A stretch of DNA of 63,836 nucleotides, the filler included, from Acidimicrobiia bacterium (GTDB lineage Bacteria > Actinomycetota > Acidimicrobiia > Spongiisociales > JAENVV01), in NCBI GenBank assembly GCA_041577335.1. It is 4 parts of 4 records of this genome, joined end to end, with 100 filler letters (N's around TTAATTAATTAA, not from the genome) between each part and the next. Parts side by side here need not be neighbours in the genome. Positions count along the whole stretch, not along the records: positions 53,769 to 63,836 come from JBFGJH010000086.1; 3 more parts are not named here. One strand, given 5' to 3'. The stretch's first letter is position 1, and every line of letters begins with the position of its first letter. A program made the position numbers and the translations under genes. The notes below the pieces were generated by a model. That model was not told the origin of the DNA. It was given only the letters and a program-made list of their open reading frames with translations, and did no database searches. Positions 58,864 to 63,836 of the stretch are shown piece by piece.

Positions 58864-60051
58864 GTGGCCGGCATCACAATGACGGATGTAGGAAAGGTGT
58901 ACCCAGGTGGTACCCGTGCCATTGAAGGTGTGGATCTCGAGATCAATGACGGCGAATTTGTCGTCTTGGTGGGACCGTCTGGCTGTGGAAAATCGACGCT
59001 GCTTCGCATGATCGCCGGCCTCGAAGACATCACCGAGGGACAGATCGTCATTGGCGACACCGTCGTCAACGATATCCCGCCCAAGGATCGGAACATCGCC
59101 ATGGTGTTCCAGAATTACGCCTTGTACCCGCACATGACCGTGTTCGACAACATGGCGTTCGGCCTCAAGCTCCGCAAGATGCCCAAAGAAGAGATCAGCC
59201 GTCGCGTCGAAGAAGCAGCCAAAGTGCTCGAGATCACCGAGTATCTGCAGCGCAAGCCCAAGGCATTGTCCGGTGGCCAGCGGCAGCGTGTCGCCATGGG
59301 TCGAGCCATTGTGCGCGAGCCGGCAGCGTTCCTCATGGACGAGCCACTCTCCAACCTCGACGCCAAGCTCCGTGTGCAGATGCGCTCCGAGCTGGGAACC
59401 CTCCATTCCCGATTGAAGACGACCACCGTATATGTCACCCACGACCAGGTCGAAGCAATGACCATGGGCGACCGGGTTGCCGTGATGCGCAAGGGCCTGC
59501 TCCAGCAAGCCGCCACACCACGCAGGCTGTACGACCATCCCGTGAACCTCTTCGTGGCAGGCTTCATCGGCAGCCCGTCCATGAACTTCGTCTACGGCAA
59601 GATCGAAGGCGAAGGAGACAACTTGTCAGTCGCGTTCGGCGACGATCGCCTGGCGATTTCTCGTTCGTTGCTCGAGGCAAAACCATCCCTCAACGACCAT
59701 CTCGGTGAGGAGCTGGTGGTGGGTCTTCGTCCCGAGACCTTCGAAATCAAAGAAGCCATCCAGGGTCATGTCGATGAGAGCAGGGGAATCAACATCGACG
59801 TGGATCTCGTCGAACAACTCGGCTCGGAGGCCTTCCTGCACTTCACAAAGCCGATGCCGCCCGTCGTGACGCCTGACATTCAAGAGCTCCTGGAGGATGA
59901 AGGATCGGACGCTTCCAGCCTCGGGAACGAGTCCAAGTTGGTCGCTCGTGTCAATCCGGACTTTGCGCCGCGGGGGCCGCAGAACGTGCGATTGATCGTG
60001 GACACGTCCAAGCTGCACTTCTTCACCAAAGACGGCGCGGCGCTGTACTGA
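58864..60051 (+). CDS. msiK: Sugar ABC transporter ATP-binding protein (MsiK/UgpC)
   Basis: [39 protein letters not shown] and FIGSP. Confidence 0.88.
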   Translation: MAGITMTDVGKVYPGGTRAIEGVDLEINDGEFVVLVGPSGCGKSTLLRMIAGLEDITEGQIVIGDTVVNDIPPKDRNIAMVFQNYALYPHMTVFDNMAFGLKLRKMPKEEISRRVEEAAKVLEITEYLQRKPKALSGGQRQRVAMGRAIVREPAAFLMDEPLSNLDAKLRVQMRSELGTLHSRLKTTTVYVTHDQVEAMTMGDRVAVMRKGLLQQAATPRRLYDHPVNLFVAGFIGSPSMNFVYGKIEGEGDNLSVAFGDDRLAISRSLLEAKPSLNDHLGEELVVGLRPETFEIKEAIQGHVDESRGINIDVDLVEQLGSEAFLHFTKPMPPVVTPDIQELLEDEGSDASSLGNESKLVARVNPDFAPRGPQNVRLIVDTSKLHFFTKDGAALY

Positions 60052-60087
60052 TCAGGTCGACAACCTGACCGTTTCGCCTTCTCTTCG

Positions 60088-60645
60088 GTGGTGGCTGATG
60101 GCACGGCAACCAGGTTCGTCGTGCCGATCCGAAGCTTCGCGACCGGCTTCGAGCGACTCCGCCCATCGATCAGTGACAGCGACCGCCGATCGATTGCCCG
60201 AGAGCTGGCTCGTCGAGTGATTGCTGCCGCCCAGTCCGCTGGTGACGTCCTGGTCGTGTCAGATTCCCGGGAAGTTGCTGAGTTCGCGGCAGGGGCGGGA
60301 GCCGAGGCGCTCGCTGAGCCGGCGTCCGGCGGGCTCAACGCGGCGGCGTCTGCCGGAATCGCCGCCGCCGGCAAGTGGGCTGTCATCCACGCCGACCTAC
60401 CCCTCGTCACGGCCCGCGACCTCCACGAAGTGGTGGACATCCTGGACGGCGGCGTTTCGCTGCTCGCCCCCACACACGATGGAGGCACGAGCCTCATCGG
60501 GAGCCATCGACCGATCGATTTTGCTTATGGCCCCGGCAGCTTCCGTCGCCATCTGGCCCGTTTGCCGGAATCGAAGGTGCTGATCCGGCGGGCATTCCTG
60601 CTGGACGTGGACACCGCAGATGATGTTCGCCGTCTTCTCGCCTAG
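60088..60645 (+). CDS. cofC: CofC/FbiD-like guanylyltransferase (F420 biosynthesis)
   Basis: VVPIRSF...RL, GLN, HADLP, DGGT, FAYGPGSFRRH and DVDT.DD. Confidence 0.78.
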   Translation: MVADGTATRFVVPIRSFATGFERLRPSISDSDRRSIARELARRVIAAAQSAGDVLVVSDSREVAEFAAGAGAEALAEPASGGLNAAASAGIAAAGKWAVIHADLPLVTARDLHEVVDILDGGVSLLAPTHDGGTSLIGSHRPIDFAYGPGSFRRHLARLPESKVLIRRAFLLDVDTADDVRRLLA

Positions 60646-60657
60646 GCTCCGCCGTTC

Positions 60658-61422
60658 ATGACCGCCCGCAATCTCTATTCAGACGCTCGCGCCGAGGACG
60701 TCACGCCGATCGAGCCTCCTGCGAGAGCCATGACCATCGGTGCCCACCCGGACGACGCGGAATTTGGAGCCGGAGGAACCCTGGCCGGGTGGGCGGCCGC
60801 CGGAACCCACGTGACGGTGCTCGTCGTCTCCGATGGATCGAAAGGCACGTGGGACCCAGATCTCTCGCAAGAAGAACTCGTCACGTCGCGCATGCGCGAG
60901 CAGCGTCGAGCCGCTGAGCGGCTCGGAGCGTCGGACGTGATCATGTTGGATCATGTCGACGGAGAGCTCGAGAACACCCCGGCCCTCCGCGAAGAACTGT
61001 GCTTCTGGATCCGGTCGGCTCGGCCGGCCGTGCTCTTCACCCACGACCCTTGGAAGCGCTACATGATGCATCCCGATCACCGCGCAACGGGCATGGCGGC
61101 CATCGACGCGGTGGTCGCAGCTCGGGATCATCTGTTCTTCGCCGACCAGCTCGGCGACGGCCTCGAGAAGCACCGGCCGGACGCTGTGCTGTTGTGGAGC
61201 GCCGATGAGGTCGATCATTGGGAAGACATTTCGTCCACCTTCGACACAAAGGTCGCGGCACTGCTCGAGCACTCCACGCAGGGCCAGACCACCATGGGGA
61301 ACGCCCAGGACCACGAGGATCAGCTGACAGCGTTTCGTGCCCGGCTTCGTGAATGGGCCGAGACCCAGGGCGCTCCGGCCGGTTACGCACTCGGTGAGGC
61401 ATTCAAGCGGCTATCACCGTAG
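60658..61422 (+). CDS. PIG-L family deacetylase
   Basis: AHPDD, R..E and HPDH motifs. Confidence 0.9.
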   Translation: MTARNLYSDARAEDVTPIEPPARAMTIGAHPDDAEFGAGGTLAGWAAAGTHVTVLVVSDGSKGTWDPDLSQEELVTSRMREQRRAAERLGASDVIMLDHVDGELENTPALREELCFWIRSARPAVLFTHDPWKRYMMHPDHRATGMAAIDAVVAARDHLFFADQLGDGLEKHRPDAVLLWSADEVDHWEDISSTFDTKVAALLEHSTQGQTTMGNAQDHEDQLTAFRARLREWAETQGAPAGYALGEAFKRLSP

Positions 61423-61506
61423 GTGTGCCGACCAGCGTTGAATGTCGCGCGGAATACTGGCGCTCGCCATACCGTTCTAACGCTCGACCCACAAGGAGAC
61501 AACCAC

Positions 61507-61791
61507 ATGGCAACTGCAACACTGAATGGGGTACTGCTCGCAGAAAGCGACGACACCGTGATCGTCGAAGGGAACCATTACTTCCCACCAGAGAGCGTCA
61601 GGCTGGAGTACTTCTCAGAGAACCCAAAGACGTCGGTGTGCCCGTGGAAGGGGACTGCCAGCTATTACGACGTGACCGTCGACGGCAAGACCAGCCCGGC
61701 TGCTGCTTGGTATTACCCGGCCCCCAAGGATGCTGCGGCCGAGATCGCCAACCACGTGGCGTTCTGGGGCGAGATCAAAGTCACCGGCTGA
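61507..61791 (+). CDS. DUF427-domain protein
   Basis: EGNHYFP, CPWKGTASYY, AWYYP and VAFW. Confidence 0.9.
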   Translation: MATATLNGVLLAESDDTVIVEGNHYFPPESVRLEYFSENPKTSVCPWKGTASYYDVTVDGKTSPAAAWYYPAPKDAAAEIANHVAFWGEIKVTG

Positions 61792-61856
61792 TCCTTCATA
61801 GGGGCGCGGCCGCCCATTGGTGACGGCAGCGCTGCCTTTGGGGGTAACGTGCTGGG

Positions 61857-63284
61857 ATGCGCCGCACCAAGATCATCGCCACGCTCGGGCCGGCCGTGGC
61901 CAGTGCCGAGGCCATCAGCGATCTGGTTGGGGCGGGCATGGATGTGGCGCGACTCAACTTCTCGCACGGGAACCACGAGACGAAGACGATCTTGGCGGGA
62001 TGGGTGCGCGACGCCGCTGCGAAGCACGGGCGGAACGTAGCCATCCTGCAAGACATCCAGGGCCCCAAGCTGCGGGTCGGTTCATTTCCCGGCGGGAGTG
62101 TGTCACTCGAGAAAAACTCGATCATCCGGCTCGTGCCAGGAGATGGCGCCGGCTCTTCGGAGGTTTTGTCACTGGCCTATGAACACCTGTTGGACGACGT
62201 CGTCCCAGGGGAGGTGATTCTGCTCGCCGACGGCCTCATCCGGCTCCAAGTCGAGGAGCGGCTGTCCGACTCATTGAGCGCTCGCGTTGTCGTTGGCGGT
62301 GTCTTGTCGGACAACAAGGGCGTCGCCTTTCCCGAAACGGTCCTGAGAGTCCCTTCGATCACGGAGAAGGATCGAGAGGATCTCGAGTTCGGCAAGGATC
62401 TCGGCGTCGACTACGTGGCCGCCTCGTTTGTGCGATCCGCATCCGACGTCGAACAGGTATCTGCGCTGGCGGGCGGCACACCGGTGATCGCCAAGATCGA
62501 GTTGGCGATCGCATATGAAAACCTGCACGAGATCCTCGGCACGGCCTACGGCGCCATGGTTGCCCGGGGAGACCTCGGCGTGCAGATGGAGCTGCAGAAG
62601 CTCCCGCTCGTGCAGCGAGACATCCTCAGCCGAACCAACGCTGCCGGACGCATCTCGATAACGGCGACCGAGATGCTCGAGAGCATGACATCGTCACCGC
62701 GCCCTACCCGAGCCGAGGTGACGGATGTCGCCAACGCGGTGCTGAGCGGGACCGATGCGGTCATGCTGTCTGGCGAAACTGCTGTAGGGGACTATCCGAT
62801 CGCGGCTGTGGACTACATGGACCGGATCTGTCGGGAAGCCGAGTCGGGCCTCGACGTAGATGATGCCGTTGACTTCCTCACGAGTCACCGTACGTTCGCG
62901 TCGGCAATTGCCAAGGCCAGCGTGGAAGTTGCCGACAACCTCAACCTGAGAACCGTGGTGGCATTCACGGAGACCGGCTCGACGGCTCTGCTGCTATCGA
63001 AATACCGTCCCAAATCCCGCATCATTGCCTTCACCCCTGAACCCGCAACGCAGCGGCGCATGGCGCTCTTCTGGGGTGTGGACGCTATCCCATTCGAGCG
63101 TCGCGACGTCACCGACTTGATGATCGCCTCCGCCGAGAAATACCTGGAGAAGAGCGGTTTGTGCGAGCCAGGCGAAGGAGTCGTGATGGTCGCCGGCATA
63201 CCTCCCAATGAGGAAGCATCCACCAACCTCATGAAGATCCATACGATTGGCGAAAGGGCACGGGGCGTCCGTCCGCCGCGTTGA
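61857..63284 (+). CDS. pyk: Pyruvate kinase
   Basis: RRTKIIATLGP, RLNFSHG, DIQGPKLR, IAKIE, MVARGDLG, PTRAEVTDVANA and MLSGETA. Confidence 0.97.
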   Translation: MRRTKIIATLGPAVASAEAISDLVGAGMDVARLNFSHGNHETKTILAGWVRDAAAKHGRNVAILQDIQGPKLRVGSFPGGSVSLEKNSIIRLVPGDGAGSSEVLSLAYEHLLDDVVPGEVILLADGLIRLQVEERLSDSLSARVVVGGVLSDNKGVAFPETVLRVPSITEKDREDLEFGKDLGVDYVAASFVRSASDVEQVSALAGGTPVIAKIELAIAYENLHEILGTAYGAMVARGDLGVQMELQKLPLVQRDILSRTNAAGRISITATEMLESMTSSPRPTRAEVTDVANAVLSGTDAVMLSGETAVGDYPIAAVDYMDRICREAESGLDVDDAVDFLTSHRTFASAIAKASVEVADNLNLRTVVAFTETGSTALLLSKYRPKSRIIAFTPEPATQRRMALFWGVDAIPFERRDVTDLMIASAEKYLEKSGLCEPGEGVVMVAGIPPNEEASTNLMKIHTIGERARGVRPPR

Positions 63285-63361
63285 GCTCCTGGTGCCCGAG
63301 CTGTGCCTCCCGCACACTATCCTGGCGCCAGCCACCCCGACCACGACGACAGTGAGGGACC

Positions 63362-63670
63362 GTGGGACAACGAATCGAAGTATTGGGCACCAGCGTCATC
63401 GGTGAGGTGGCGATCTTCGACACCGATCGGAGTCTCGGCGGAATGGAAGGCGAGACCTACGCCACCATCGAAGACGCGAGTAGTGGAAGCACCTATCCGG
63501 CCGGTTTGGCTGAGCGCCTGATGCGCCAGGACGAGTCAATCCGCCTCGTCTACGTCTATTCGAACGCCTTGTCGGTGTCTCGGGCAGGTGGATGGACCGA
63601 CGGTGCCATCGCCCAAGTCGCTGCCGAGATCACGAACTTCTTCATCGTCTACGCAGACAACAAGGCCTAG
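63362..63670 (+). CDS. Hypothetical protein (possibly NifU/Nfu N-terminal-like)
   Basis: 102-aa ORF with a GAGGGA RBS; LAERL...VYVYSNALSVSR...W pattern. Confidence 0.6.
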   Translation: MGQRIEVLGTSVIGEVAIFDTDRSLGGMEGETYATIEDASSGSTYPAGLAERLMRQDESIRLVYVYSNALSVSRAGGWTDGAIAQVAAEITNFFIVYADNKA

Positions 63671-63836
63671 CTCGATCAGAGAGAGCCCTATCTCAGCTGC
63701 CGGCGCTGTGAGCAATGGGGGAGGCCTGGCGCTCTGTATTGCCAGCCGAGTTTCTCCCGAAAGGCGAGGGACATAGCCGCGTCCGATGGGCTCCGGTGGG
63801 GGCTGTCTGAGTGCCGCCGCGGCCGCGCCATCGCTA

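Noticed and set aside
63680..63836. Hairpin-forming sequence at the window end as SRP/6S/Ms1 RNA
   Set aside because: No diagnostic motif was found and the sequence is truncated by the window edge.
1..63836. CRISPR array, rRNA, intact transposase, prophage or defence system
   Set aside because: I saw no regularly spaced repeats, cas/RT/transposase/phage structural genes or rRNA-like sequence. The NB-ARC protein has a SARP regulator architecture rather than an Avs-type effector.

Overview
This is a high-GC window, most likely from an actinomycetote genome. The WhiB gene and CofC support Actinomycetota; the Cys-containing SLH-like repeats suggest Acidimicrobiia (inference). It consists of four contigs (1-18179, 18280-36428, 36529-53668, 53769-63836) joined by 100-nt N spacers containing TTAATTAATTAA, so adjacency across those joins is not biological evidence. 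Ordinary content includes tal, zwf, corA, a sigma-70 factor, tRNA-Val, a caa3-type cytochrome c oxidase operon with ctaB, lgt, a tyrosine phenol-lyase, a GS-family enzyme, msiK, cofC and pyk. The main discoveries are: (1) a split borosin RiPP locus (a 71-aa precursor coupled to a peptide alpha-N-methyltransferase) beside a SARP/NB-ARC/TPR regulator, 11-bp-periodic direct repeats and an HExxH peptidase; (2) a TlpA-like lipoprotein with an in-frame UGA in a UxxC motif and a SECIS-like hairpin, i.e. a probable selenoprotein split in the ORF track; (3) a Phe/Tyr-rich leader-peptide attenuator upstream of a DAHP-synthase-like/chorismate-mutase fusion whose DAHPS active site looks degenerate; (4) a whiB7-like gene with an AT-rich promoter, uORF and terminator/antiterminator; (5) an integrase remnant at tRNA-Val. 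All family calls come from motif recognition by eye; no database searches were run.
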